From Desulfobacteraceae bacterium Eth-SRB1 (GTDB taxonomy: Bacteria; Desulfobacterota; Desulfobacteria; Desulfobacterales; ETH-SRB1): DNA of 64,000 bases. The notes beneath the pieces are model-generated. The model was not told the DNA's origin, searched no databases, and worked only from the letters and a program-made list of their open reading frames with translations. Below are positions 44,905 to 53,785 of this stretch, one piece after another (the stretch's first letter is position 1; each line of letters begins with the position of its first letter). The DNA is taken from assembly GCA_004193555.1 (NCBI GenBank), contig RPGP01000040.1, positions 65,127 to 129,126 on the forward strand, read 5' to 3'. The position numbers and the translations under genes are program-made.

Positions 44905-46288
44905 ATATTGGTTCAACCTCAATAGGTCTGCCCATGAGAGAATGGGATAATGCTTTTTCAACTTTTATATTAACCATCCTGCCTGTAAAAATATCATCAC
45001 AGGCAATACAATCATCACTCCGGCTAAAGTTTATTATCTTGTTGGTTGAAGTCCTTCCTGTCCACTGGATATGCCGGGGTTCTATTTGCGCATCCTTCCC
45101 GCTCTGCTTTTTGCTTTTGCCTTCAACAAGTGTCAATTCGGTTGATCCGACCAGAGATTCATTCCTTTTTTTTGTAAAACGTTCCTGCAGGTCAAGCAAT
45201 TCCATCAACCTGTCTTTCTTTTCCCGCTCTGAAATCTTATGAGAAAAACCGGATGCCGGAGCATTTGGACGGTCAGAATACTTAAAGGCAAACAGACCGT
45301 CAAATTCAACTGTTTTAATCAAATCGAGGGTTTGTTTAAAATCATCCTCTGTTTCTCCGGGAAAACCCACAATAAAATCGGATGTAACAGCAATATCAGG
45401 ACAAATATTACGCAATTTGTTAATTTTTTCAAGGTAAAGTTCTCTCGTATATTTCCGGTTCATCCTTTTTAACACACTGTTCGATCCTGATTGAACAGGA
45501 AGGTGAATATGGTGACACAACTTTTCAAGCATATAAAAAGCATAAATCAGATCATCTGAAAGATCCTTTGGGTGTGAAGTAGTAAACCTGATTCTTACAA
45601 GCCCTTCGATTCCATTTACAAGTGACAGAAGTTCGGCAAACGAGCACAACCCCTCCTTTCTGCCATAGCTGTTTACATTCTGGCCTAAAAGGGTAACTTC
45701 TTTTACACCACAATTAACAAGCTCGCGGATTTCATTAACTATTTTTTCAGGCTCTCTGCTCGCTTCCCTGCCCCGCACATAGGGAACAACACAGTAGGTG
45801 CAAAAATTATCGCATCCCTGCATTATAGTCACAAAGCTTGAAACCTTCCGGTGATCTTCCGTATCAATGACAAATGCTGATTCGTCGATTCCATCTATCA
45901 TTTCAGTATCGACAATACGGCATTTTTTTGTCTCTATCCGTTTAATATGCCCCGGCAAACGGCAGATAGCATGTGTTCCAAAAACAAGATCAAGAAACGG
46001 AACCCGCTGCAGCATCTTCGAGCCTTCCTGCTGCGCCACGCATCCGCCGACCCCTAAAATCAGATCAGGTTTTTTAATCTTCAGTCGTGAAAGACGCCCC
46101 AAAAAACTGAAGACCTTTTGCTCTGCTTTTTCTCTGATTGCGCACGTATTAACAATAATTAGACCGGCCTTTTCCAGAGATGAAGTAATTTTATATCCAA
46201 GGGGTTTTAATGACGTTACGATCTGTTCAGAGTCATAAACATTCATCTGGCATCCGATCGTGTTTATATATAAATATTTTATCTTCAT
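44852..46288 (-). CDS. miaB: tRNA-i6A37 methylthiotransferase MiaB
   Basis: MKIKYLYINTIGCQMN, radical-SAM CDNFCTYCVVP and a TRAM domain. The ORF-track GTG 46309 lies in a repeat arm. The last 18 codons are repeat-encoded. Confidence 0.9.
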   Translation of the reverse strand: MKIKYLYINTIGCQMNVYDSEQIVTSLKPLGYKITSSLEKAGLIIVNTCAIREKAEQKVFSFLGRLSRLKIKKPDLILGVGGCVAQQEGSKMLQRVPFLDLVFGTHAICRLPGHIKRIETKKCRIVDTEMIDGIDESAFVIDTEDHRKVSSFVTIMQGCDNFCTYCVVPYVRGREASREPEKIVNEIRELVNCGVKEVTLLGQNVNSYGRKEGLCSFAELLSLVNGIEGLVRIRFTTSHPKDLSDDLIYAFYMLEKLCHHIHLPVQSGSNSVLKRMNRKYTRELYLEKINKLRNICPDIAVTSDFIVGFPGETEDDFKQTLDLIKTVEFDGLFAFKYSDRPNAPASGFSHKISEREKKDRLMELLDLQERFTKKRNESLVGSTELTLVEGKSKKQSGKDAQIEPRHIQWTGRTSTNKIINFSRSDDCIACDDIFTGRMVNIKVEKALSHSLMGRPIEVEPIFDELVKGQIHQVSGAKC

Positions 46289-46303
46289 TCTTATAACAAG
46301 TTC

Positions 46304-46410
46304 AGCCACAAAGACACTAAGGCACCAAGATTATAACTGAACTTAGCGCCCTTCGGGCGGGCTTAAAAGATGAAAAAATTCACCTGTTGTGCCTTTGTGT
46401 CTTTGTGGCT
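46304..46410. repeat. Imperfect 24-bp inverted repeat with GC hairpin in the loop
   Basis: AGCCACAAAGACACTAAGGCACCAA / TTGTGCCTTTGTGTCTTTGTGGCT. The loop holds CGCC-CTTCG-GGCG. Confidence 0.85.
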
Positions 46411-46416
46411 ATACTA

Positions 46417-46845
46417 TCACTCCTTTTTCTGCGCCTTGCCGTGAATTGAAACCGTTTTTATATCCTGCATTTCTATCCTGCAATTCCCGAATGAAGATAC
46501 ACCGTAACAGGGTTTTTTCCCGTCCACTACAAGCTCAATGACCTTCCCGTCCTTTAAATGCAGCCTTGCCTTAATATTCTCATCATGCAACAGAAAAAAA
46601 ACAGATTTTAGCCTGTCATAATCAACAGACACTTCGGTCTTTCCAAAATTGCCTATAAACCAGGTCATGCCGTCACAGGAAAATTCTTCAAGGTCAATTG
46701 ACACGTCGGATTGGTCCACAAGGGTTACGGAATAATTTTGCTCGGGCTCCGGAATATTTACAACATCATCTCCTTCCATATTACCCATTCCAAGGGTAAA
46801 GAAACATATCATAAGAACCAGTCCACAATAGAATCCGTTTTTCAT
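46417..46845 (-). CDS. Secreted/membrane-anchored protein, unknown function
   Basis: 142 aa. Hydrophobic N-terminus MKNGFYCGLVLMICFFTLG. No recognised family. Preceded by the conserved 37-nt leader motif. Confidence 0.55.
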   Translation of the reverse strand: MKNGFYCGLVLMICFFTLGMGNMEGDDVVNIPEPEQNYSVTLVDQSDVSIDLEEFSCDGMTWFIGNFGKTEVSVDYDRLKSVFFLLHDENIKARLHLKDGKVIELVVDGKKPCYGVSSFGNCRIEMQDIKTVSIHGKAQKKE

Positions 46846-46867
46846 TATTCCCCCTTTGAAATCTTTG

Positions 46868-46905
46868 CAAAACGCCCCCTTTTGCCCAATCTCGGTGTCA
46901 GGCTC
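46868..46905 (-). promoter_or_regulatory. Conserved 37-nt leader motif, copy 2 (upstream of secreted-protein gene)
   Basis: Minus strand GAGCCTGACACCGAGATTGGGCAAAAGGGGGCGTTTTG, ending 22 nt before ATG 46845. Confidence 0.5.
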
Positions 46906-46988
46906 AAATTTTAATCCTCGAAATATTCAATATATTCCTCTGGTTAAAATTTTCGCCTTCCTTGAGCTTGAACAAAATGGAGCATTTT

Positions 46989-47261
46989 TCAAAGGTCTCC
47001 CTTTTGTATTTTACCAGTCTCTAACGGCTCGATCATAATATTTTCTTTAAGATCCTGGATGATTAGCATGACATCCTCCTCGCACCCCTGTGCAATGTGG
47101 AGCCTGACAAAACCAGCTTGAGGATCGATTGTCGTCATCACTGCAATACCGTCATAAGCCTCAAAAATATATCTTAAAAAGCAAATTTCTCTGCGGTCAA
47201 CACGAAAATATTTCTGTATTGTTTGCAAGGTAAATCCAATGCGGGTTGGGTTAACACACAA
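46989..47261 (-). CDS. DUF4911-like small protein
   Basis: RVDRREICFLRYIFEAYDGIAVMTTID..FVRLHI pattern. TTG start, uncertain. Confidence 0.55.
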   Translation of the reverse strand: MCVNPTRIGFTLQTIQKYFRVDRREICFLRYIFEAYDGIAVMTTIDPQAGFVRLHIAQGCEEDVMLIIQDLKENIMIEPLETGKIQKGDL

Positions 47262-47384
47262 TTGTCATTATAATAAAGATTAATTATCATTATATTAATT
47301 AATTTATCAATAAAAAAGTCCGCTTAAAGATCCAGGAAAAATAGTTTTCATTAAACCATCATATCGGATATACAATGCCTCAGT

Positions 47385-49175
47385 ATGAAAAAACACTGGC
47401 AAATCTTACAGCCCGATACCCATTCGGTTGAAAAAATATCAAAGAGTTTACAATGCTCTCCTGTCATGGCTAATATCCTGGTAAACCGTAAAATTTCATC
47501 TCCGGATGATGCCGGCGCCTTCCTTAACCCCCTGCTTAAGAATATGCGCCCGCCATTTTCCATAAAGGATATGGATGCCGCAGTAAATCGCATCTATTCT
47601 GCCTTATTAAATCATGAAAAAATCCTGATATTCGGCGATTACGATGTTGATGGAATCACCGCAACAACAATACTCTACGAGTTTTTACATTATGCCGGAG
47701 CAGATGCTTCATACTATATTCCCCACAGGATAAAAGAGGGATACGGCCTGCATACAAAACATATAACAGATTATGCAATACCAAACAGAATAAACCTGAT
47801 AATCACCGTTGACTGCGGTTCAAGCAGCAATAATGCTGTAAAAGAGGCGCAACGTGCCGGAATCGATATAATAATAACGGATCACCACGAAATATCCGGC
47901 AAACCGCCCGACGCCGTTGCCGTATTAAACCCAAAGCGTCATGACTGTACATCCGGTTTTGACGATCTTGCCGGTGTCGGGGTGGCATTCTTCCTTCTGA
48001 TCTGCCTCCGAAAACATTTGCGCGATAATAATTTCTGGCGCCGGAAAACAGAACCTAATCTGAAAAATTATTGCGATCTTGTAGCTCTTGGAACCGTAGC
48101 CGACATGGTTCCTCTTGTCGATGAAAACCGCATGTTGGTAAAAACAGGGCTTGAAGTAATAAATTCAGGCAATCAATTTGGCATAAGGGGCGGCATAAAA
48201 GCTTTAATAGAATCCAGTGGAATAAAAAATAATTTTGTGGATACAGAGGATGTTGCCTTCAGGCTGGCGCCCAGATTAAATGCCGCAGGCAGGATCGACC
48301 ATGCCTTAACCGCTGTTGAGCTTCTGACAACAAATAACCTTGAGACTGCAAAACAACTTGCCCGGTCACTTAATAATATGAACTTTAAAAGACATGACAT
48401 TGAACAAAAAATCATGGAGGATATTTTTGAATATTTAAAAAACAATCAACATCTGCTTAAAAACAGTTCACTAATCTTAGCAGACTTCGCCCTGATGGCT
48501 GCGACGACTGAATCAGATAATGAACCGGGCGACAGGTGGCATGAAGGAGTTCTTGGTATAGTTGCATCAAGAATTGTGAATAAATATTTTCGTCCTGTTG
48601 TTCTTATTGCCGTAAAAAACGGCATTGGAAAAGGGTCGGCCAGGAGCATACCGGGATTCAATATCTATAAAGGGCTTGAGTCATGCTCTGACCATCTTGA
48701 AGCATTCGGCGGCCATTCAATGGCCGCAGGCCTGAAAATAAAAGCCGAACATATGGATATGTTTCGAGAAAACTTTGAAAACGCTGTTAAACAGATGACC
48801 TCGCCGGCTAATTTCGCGCAGAAAATCAGCATAGATTATGAGCTCAGTTTTGACGACATTTCCGATGCCCTGATCAACGAACTTGAAACCTTAAAGCCTT
48901 TTGGAACAGGCAACCATGAACCGGTTTTCATGGCCAAAAATATCAAGGTAATAGACTCCGGAATTGTTGGAAAAAATCACAGGCGAATGGTTTTAAAACA
49001 GTCCGCCGCTGGCGGAACAGGCAAAACAATCAATGCCATTCATTTCAATGTCGATACAGGAAAAAACCTGCGGGATAACTTTGATCAAATGGCATTCAGA
49101 CTGCGCTGGAATCACTGGAACGGAAAAAAAACAGCTCAAATTGTTATCGAGGATCTTGCTGGAACCAGAGACTGA
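47385..49175 (+). CDS. recJ: Single-stranded-DNA-specific exonuclease RecJ
   Basis: DHH motifs (GDYDVDGITA, TVDCG, ITDHH) and a DHHA1 domain (GGHSMAAG). Confidence 0.95.
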   Translation: MKKHWQILQPDTHSVEKISKSLQCSPVMANILVNRKISSPDDAGAFLNPLLKNMRPPFSIKDMDAAVNRIYSALLNHEKILIFGDYDVDGITATTILYEFLHYAGADASYYIPHRIKEGYGLHTKHITDYAIPNRINLIITVDCGSSSNNAVKEAQRAGIDIIITDHHEISGKPPDAVAVLNPKRHDCTSGFDDLAGVGVAFFLLICLRKHLRDNNFWRRKTEPNLKNYCDLVALGTVADMVPLVDENRMLVKTGLEVINSGNQFGIRGGIKALIESSGIKNNFVDTEDVAFRLAPRLNAAGRIDHALTAVELLTTNNLETAKQLARSLNNMNFKRHDIEQKIMEDIFEYLKNNQHLLKNSSLILADFALMAATTESDNEPGDRWHEGVLGIVASRIVNKYFRPVVLIAVKNGIGKGSARSIPGFNIYKGLESCSDHLEAFGGHSMAAGLKIKAEHMDMFRENFENAVKQMTSPANFAQKISIDYELSFDDISDALINELETLKPFGTGNHEPVFMAKNIKVIDSGIVGKNHRRMVLKQSAAGGTGKTINAIHFNVDTGKNLRDNFDQMAFRLRWNHWNGKKTAQIVIEDLAGTRD

Positions 49176-51765
49176 TGTCTTCCAGAAATTTCTTCTTGTA
49201 ATAAGCTGTTTTTGCGGCGTTGCCCATTATCATATCCAGTTGCCTTGTATGCATTGTAAGATAACCAATTGCTTTAAGACGTTTTAATATGGAAAATTGA
49301 TCATATGCCGCAATAGCTGCATTCATATAATCTTCATATATTTCAACCTGAAAATCATATTTGACCAGGATGTCTTCTATAAGCTTCATCCTGCGGAATT
49401 TTCTGTTATGATCTGCAGCGCCACCCTTAAAATAAAATTTTATGTAATTCTCTCCGGGTTTGTCGCTGACAAAGGTCTGCACAACCGAATAATGATAGCC
49501 GAACCGGCAGCTGAGATTGCAAAAGTTTTTTGAAATAATAGCGCAGTCGTTTTGCGCATAACTGGACTTGCTTGATGCGCACAGATCACGATTCATAGTA
49601 GATTCAACCATGATGGAAAGAAACCCCTTGGTATCTACTGAAGGCGGGCCGTCCCATTCTACCTCGGTCATTCCCTCCCAGAGGGCCATCATCGGAACTG
49701 ATGCTATATTTTCAAGTTTTACAGTATCTTTTCCCATTGATCCTTTTAAGCCATCGCCCAGGTCAACGATCCACCACTGCGCTGGAACATCATTTATAAT
49801 CAGTCTTTTCCCTGCCTTGATTCCTTTGCTGTTTCTGCCGGAATCAAACATTTCTTTTACAGCCTTTTCGTGGCAGAACCGGGTGACGTCGTGATATGTA
49901 TGGCAGCCATCAGGCGTAAAATTATCGCCTTTTGGATCAATGAGATTCAGCGGGGTGATATGCTTTAGCGTTCTTTTAAGCGTTATATAAACAGGGCTCC
50001 CTTTAATTCTGCTGATGCCCCCTGCAGGCGACTCTCTTAATAATGCTTCGGCCTTTCCTTCATAGACTTTTCGCGCATAGGTATCAACTGTGATTATTGT
50101 TCCATTTTTAATTTTGTCGGTAGCTGCAAGCGTATCAAAAAGCGCCGGGATGCCGAATTCTCTTGTAACTGTGGCTAAATGACCGGCAATTCCCCCGCGG
50201 TCGGTTACCACCGCAACAGCCTTGTTCAGTATTGTGGCCCACTGAGGCAAAGAGTTTTTTGTCACCAAAACAGCGCCCGCAGGAAATTTGTAAATTTCTT
50301 CGGCAGAGTTCACAATAAATGCAGGCCCGCAGGCCACACCCGGGCTTGCCGCAACTCCTCCATTTAGTATCATACGATTATTAACTTTTATAGCTGATGT
50401 ATCTTTAAATTCATTATCTTCTTTTCTTAACTGTTTCAGTGGACGGCTCTGGAGTATCCTGATCAGGCCGTCCTTTTCTATAGCCCATTCGATGTCTTGA
50501 GGAGTTTTAAAATGATTTTCAAGGATAACTGCCTGTTTTGCCAGAAACTGCGCCTGTGCATCCGTGATGGCCGGCGCATATTTCTCCTGCTCAGGCAATT
50601 CGCTGATGTGCAGTTCTTTGTTGGAGAAAATTAAAATTCCCTGATCTTTGGCATGAATCTCTTTTTTAAGGATTTGAACAGGTTGTTCCCTGGAGACTGC
50701 AAATACGTCGGGTGATATGCTTCCCTCAACCACTGATTTTCCTAATCCAAAAACCGCATTTATGAATATCTGATTGTTGTGAATGTCACCGGGATCTTTC
50801 GAATACATAACGCCGCTGGAGACAGCTTCAACCATGGCCATGCAACCGACGCACATCATAACATCTTCATCGCTAAAACCCTTGTTAAAACGGTATGTAA
50901 TGGCCTGAAGGGAATACTTGCCGGCAAGAATTTTTTTATAAGAGTGAATCAGTGTTTTAAAGCTGACATTCAGTTCTGTGTGATATTGACCTGCAAAAGA
51001 GGATTCCCGGCTGTCTTCACCTAAGGCGCTGCTGCGCATTGATACTTTGACGTTTTTTTCTGTTTTTTCTTCCAGGGTTCTGTATTCATCAAATATTGCC
51101 GCTTCAAGTTCCGGAGGAACCGGTGATTGCATGATAAGCTCTTGTATATTTGAGCTGGCCATTCCCAGCATTTTTATATCTTCAATATCAACAGATTGAA
51201 GCTGCTGGTTGATTTTTTTTTGAAGGTCGCCGTGATTCAGAAACAAATGATACGCAGAGGCGGTAATAACAAAACCTTGCGGAACGTTAAGGTCTGTCAG
51301 GTTCATAATTTCGCCCAGATTAGCCATTTTACTGCCGGTATGGTCTGCGCTGTCTTTATTTATCTCTTCGATTGACAGTACCGGTTTACCCTCAATCGAC
51401 TTTTCTCTTTCTTCCAGTGTTTGATTTATTTTATATTGAATATCAGCTAAAGCATAATAGAGCTTTTCATAACGACAGCCTGAAATCTCGTTTATTTTTT
51501 CAATTAGTTGATATATATTTACTGAAATGGATGTGCAGTGTGCACGAATGAATTCCATACCGAATTTATGGTCTCCGCGAAGCGCCAGTTCCATCTCTGA
51601 CATGATCTCAAGTATTGCACTGTTTATGCTTAGAAAACTTTTAAAGTTCCAGTACTTGGTTTTGAAACGGGAACGGCTGGCATCATCTGACAATTCTTCA
51701 GGATTAGGGCTTTCCTGGTTTTTTACGCAAAATATTTTTTTTATTGCCTGCCTTAATCCAAACAT
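49144..51765 (-). CDS. Atypical PEP-utilising enzyme (ATP-grasp PPDK_N-like + phosphohistidine swivel + novel C-terminal domain)
   Basis: Swivel-domain motif TDRGGIAGHLATVTREFGIPA in mid-protein, followed by about 300 aa unlike the PpsA/PPDK TIM barrel. Start reassigned to ATG 51765 (GGAG 5 nt upstream) because the ORF-track ATG 51837 overlaps a sigma54-type promoter. Confidence 0.7.
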   Translation of the reverse strand: MFGLRQAIKKIFCVKNQESPNPEELSDDASRSRFKTKYWNFKSFLSINSAILEIMSEMELALRGDHKFGMEFIRAHCTSISVNIYQLIEKINEISGCRYEKLYYALADIQYKINQTLEEREKSIEGKPVLSIEEINKDSADHTGSKMANLGEIMNLTDLNVPQGFVITASAYHLFLNHGDLQKKINQQLQSVDIEDIKMLGMASSNIQELIMQSPVPPELEAAIFDEYRTLEEKTEKNVKVSMRSSALGEDSRESSFAGQYHTELNVSFKTLIHSYKKILAGKYSLQAITYRFNKGFSDEDVMMCVGCMAMVEAVSSGVMYSKDPGDIHNNQIFINAVFGLGKSVVEGSISPDVFAVSREQPVQILKKEIHAKDQGILIFSNKELHISELPEQEKYAPAITDAQAQFLAKQAVILENHFKTPQDIEWAIEKDGLIRILQSRPLKQLRKEDNEFKDTSAIKVNNRMILNGGVAASPGVACGPAFIVNSAEEIYKFPAGAVLVTKNSLPQWATILNKAVAVVTDRGGIAGHLATVTREFGIPALFDTLAATDKIKNGTIITVDTYARKVYEGKAEALLRESPAGGISRIKGSPVYITLKRTLKHITPLNLIDPKGDNFTPDGCHTYHDVTRFCHEKAVKEMFDSGRNSKGIKAGKRLIINDVPAQWWIVDLGDGLKGSMGKDTVKLENIASVPMMALWEGMTEVEWDGPPSVDTKGFLSIMVESTMNRDLCASSKSSYAQNDCAIISKNFCNLSCRFGYHYSVVQTFVSDKPGENYIKFYFKGGAADHNRKFRRMKLIEDILVKYDFQVEIYEDYMNAAIAAYDQFSILKRLKAIGYLTMHTRQLDMIMGNAAKTAYYKKKFLEDISLWFQQDPR

Positions 51766-51820
51766 AATTACTCCGAATTTCAGTTCATTAATCTTGAGCA
51801 TAGATATTGCATAAATTACA

Positions 51821-51836
51821 GTCAAGAAACGTGCCA
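51821..51836 (-). promoter_or_regulatory. Sigma54-type -24/-12 promoter candidate for the PEP-utilising enzyme gene
   Basis: Minus strand reads TGGCACGTTTCTTGAC. This matches TGGCACG-N4-TTGC except that the C of the -12 GC is an A. Confidence 0.5.
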
Positions 51837-51900
51837 TATCAAAATATCCATAAATTGATGATAGTTATATTTATACGGCAGGCGGGCAGGTCCAAGGATG

Positions 51901-51986
51901 TTTCAAAACGAAACATCCTTGTGCGAATTATAATCTTAATTGCCGGATGAGTACGTGTTCTCGTGGTAAAATTTCAATATGAAACA
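51901..51986. promoter_or_regulatory. Two copies of the TTTCA-N3-(T/C)GAAACA palindrome (candidate activator sites)
   Basis: TTTCAAAACGAAACA (51901-51915, centre of a 12-bp perfect palindrome 51893-51921). TTTCAATATGAAACA (51972-51986, left arm of a 13-bp perfect palindrome 51969-52006). They lie 65-150 bp upstream of the minus-strand promoter. Confidence 0.5.
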
Positions 51987-52036
51987 CCAGTTCCATATTG
52001 AAATTTAACAGGTGGTTGGGTTTGCAATCTGCAATG

Positions 52037-52378
52037 GAATTATTTACTCAAGTTTCGCACCCTTTAATTTATCCAAAGCGTTAGACGGTAAGGGCTAAAA
52101 ATAAATTTTAAAGCGAAATATACTGCCTGTGGTTTTTACAACGGCGCCAATCAATAACTATAAGATTGATGCCTGACACTTTATTAAATTCAATAAGTTA
52201 TATCTCCTTTGCGCCTGTCTGCGTGCGGTTACGCACAGGCAGGCCTGATCATAATCTATGTTGCACTTAGATGTTGTTTACAAAATATAAGCAAATGATT
52301 TCGCTGTAAAAATGTTATTTTCAACCCTTACCGTCTTGATATTGATAGAAATCAAGGGTGCGAAACTTGAATTATTTA
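52037..52378. repeat. Pair of inverted ~82-nt modules flanking a 177-bp spacer
   Basis: 52037-52119 versus the reverse complement of 52297-52378. Shared blocks: TCAAGTTTCGCACCCTT, GACGGTAAGGG, AAAATAA, AGCGAAAT. The spacer carries the hairpin TGCGT-GCGGTT-ACGCA. Confidence 0.7.
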
Positions 52379-52404
52379 TTTTTAATTGACAGTATCATTA
52401 TAAT

Positions 52405-52452
52405 TTGATGAATTCGTAAAAAGTGGTTTTCCCACTTTTTACGAGTGCATTA
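52405..52452. repeat. TAAAAAGT-hairpin element (minimal form)
   Basis: TTGATGAATTCGTAAAAAGTGG-TTTTC-CCACTTTTTACGAGTGCATTA. Confidence 0.8.
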
Positions 52453-52497
52453 TAATTTGATTAGCCTTTTTTATAAATTTATAATCAGGAGTGGACA

Positions 52498-52926
52498 ATG
52501 AAGCACAAGATATTACTTGTTGATGATGAAGAAATAATGCTCAAGTACCTTTCAAAATTCTTGATAAAAAAGGATTTTGATATCAGCACGGCAATAAGCG
52601 GCAATGAAGCCCTGGAAATAATCAAGGAACAGGATTTTATTGTGGTGCTGCTGGATGTGTTAATGCCGGGGATGGATGGGATAGAAACCCTCAGAGAAAT
52701 AAAGAAAATCAAACCCTTGACAGAAGTAATAATGCTTACCGGCCATGCCTCGGTTCAGGTCGCTATGCAGGGTATGAAATTGGGGGCCTTTGACTATCTT
52801 ATGAAACCTTTTGATCAGGACAAACTCCTTGAAAAATTGCAAATGGCATGTGAGAAAAGAATATTTAACGAGAAAGGTATAGATTTTGTCAACATACCGG
52901 AAATGACGCCCAAAAAACCGGTATAA
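52498..52926 (+). CDS. Single-domain response regulator (CheY-like)
   Basis: ILLVDDEE...VLLDVLMPGMDG...LTGH...KP. AGGAG RBS. Confidence 0.9.
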   Translation: MKHKILLVDDEEIMLKYLSKFLIKKDFDISTAISGNEALEIIKEQDFIVVLLDVLMPGMDGIETLREIKKIKPLTEVIMLTGHASVQVAMQGMKLGAFDYLMKPFDQDKLLEKLQMACEKRIFNEKGIDFVNIPEMTPKKPV

Positions 52927-52990
52927 TATATCCCGCCGTCTTTTATTTACCCTATATTTACCTTTCAAATGCTTTTGTTTCTGATTACAA

Positions 52991-53103
52991 TTTCAAAATG
53001 AAACATAGTTGCAAAATGAAACACAAGCCCGGATATCTGCCCAAATTAGACTTCAACACAAAAAAATATCAACGATGCCTTTTATGCGTTTCACATTGAA
53101 ACA
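52991..53103. promoter_or_regulatory. Three copies of the TT(T/G)CA-N3-TGAAACA palindrome (candidate activator sites)
   Basis: TTTCAAAATGAAACA (52991-53005), TTGCAAAATGAAACA (53009-53023), TTTCACATTGAAACA (53089-53103). They lie 63-175 bp upstream of the plus-strand promoter. Confidence 0.5.
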
Positions 53104-53165
53104 ATGTCAGGCCTCTTCTTTGAGCTGAAAAATGTAACCATTTATATTCATTAGATAAATTTATC

Positions 53166-53181
53166 TGGCATGTTTTTTGAG
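53166..53181 (+). promoter_or_regulatory. Sigma54-type -24/-12 promoter candidate for the usp-like/SLC13 operon
   Basis: TGGCATGTTTTTTGAG. GG and TTG are correctly spaced. It shows the same A-for-C deviation at -12 as the divergent promoter. Confidence 0.45.
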
Positions 53182-53320
53182 TATAGTTTTAATATGTTTG
53201 TATTTAATGGCATTGATAATAAGAGACAGTGGCAGCCAACCCGACAATTTATATGAAAAGTCAGGTTTTTGGGTGGGTGGCAGGACTTTTCGTTCAGACA
53301 CTAATTAGGGATATGATCAA

Positions 53321-53758
53321 TTGAACAAAATACTTATACCTTTAGATAAATTTTCTGACATATCACTTAATGCGGCTCGCTATGCTATTGAATTCGCCAG
53401 GAGAAGCGGCTCTAAACCTATTTTTCTTTTTTTATCCGGAGATGATGATGAAACCAGGAAAGATCGTCTCACGGCATCAGGATCTCAATCATCTGAAAAA
53501 GAGAAAAAAATAAGAAAAAAAATAGAGTTGCTTATAGACCGGAGTACTATGGAAGGAATCAACATTGAGCAGTATGAGGGTCGTGGTGAATACATTGAAA
53601 AGGTCTGTGAATTCGTGCGAAATTTGAGCATAGCCGAAATCGTGATTGCAGTCCCTGATAAAAAGGATGAGGATTACAAAAAAATAAAGAAAAATATATC
53701 TTTGCTGGTTCAGATGACATCGTGCCGGGTATTGACCGTAAAGGAAAAAGAAAATTAA
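53321..53758 (+). CDS. Universal-stress-protein-like protein
   Basis: TTG start. MNKILIPLDKFSDISLNAARYAIEFARRSG..., a USP-like alpha/beta fold with a charged low-complexity insert. Confidence 0.6.
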   Translation: MNKILIPLDKFSDISLNAARYAIEFARRSGSKPIFLFLSGDDDETRKDRLTASGSQSSEKEKKIRKKIELLIDRSTMEGINIEQYEGRGEYIEKVCEFVRNLSIAEIVIAVPDKKDEDYKKIKKNISLLVQMTSCRVLTVKEKEN

Positions 53759-53785
53759 ATGTAATAACAAGGAGATTGACTATTT

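Noticed and set aside
51766-51837. ORF-track start (MARFLTVIYAISMLKINELKFGVI...) for the PEP-utilising enzyme.
   Set aside because: The ATG overlaps the TGGCAC -24 element of the putative promoter and has no RBS. The ATG at 51765 has GGAG at 5-nt spacing.
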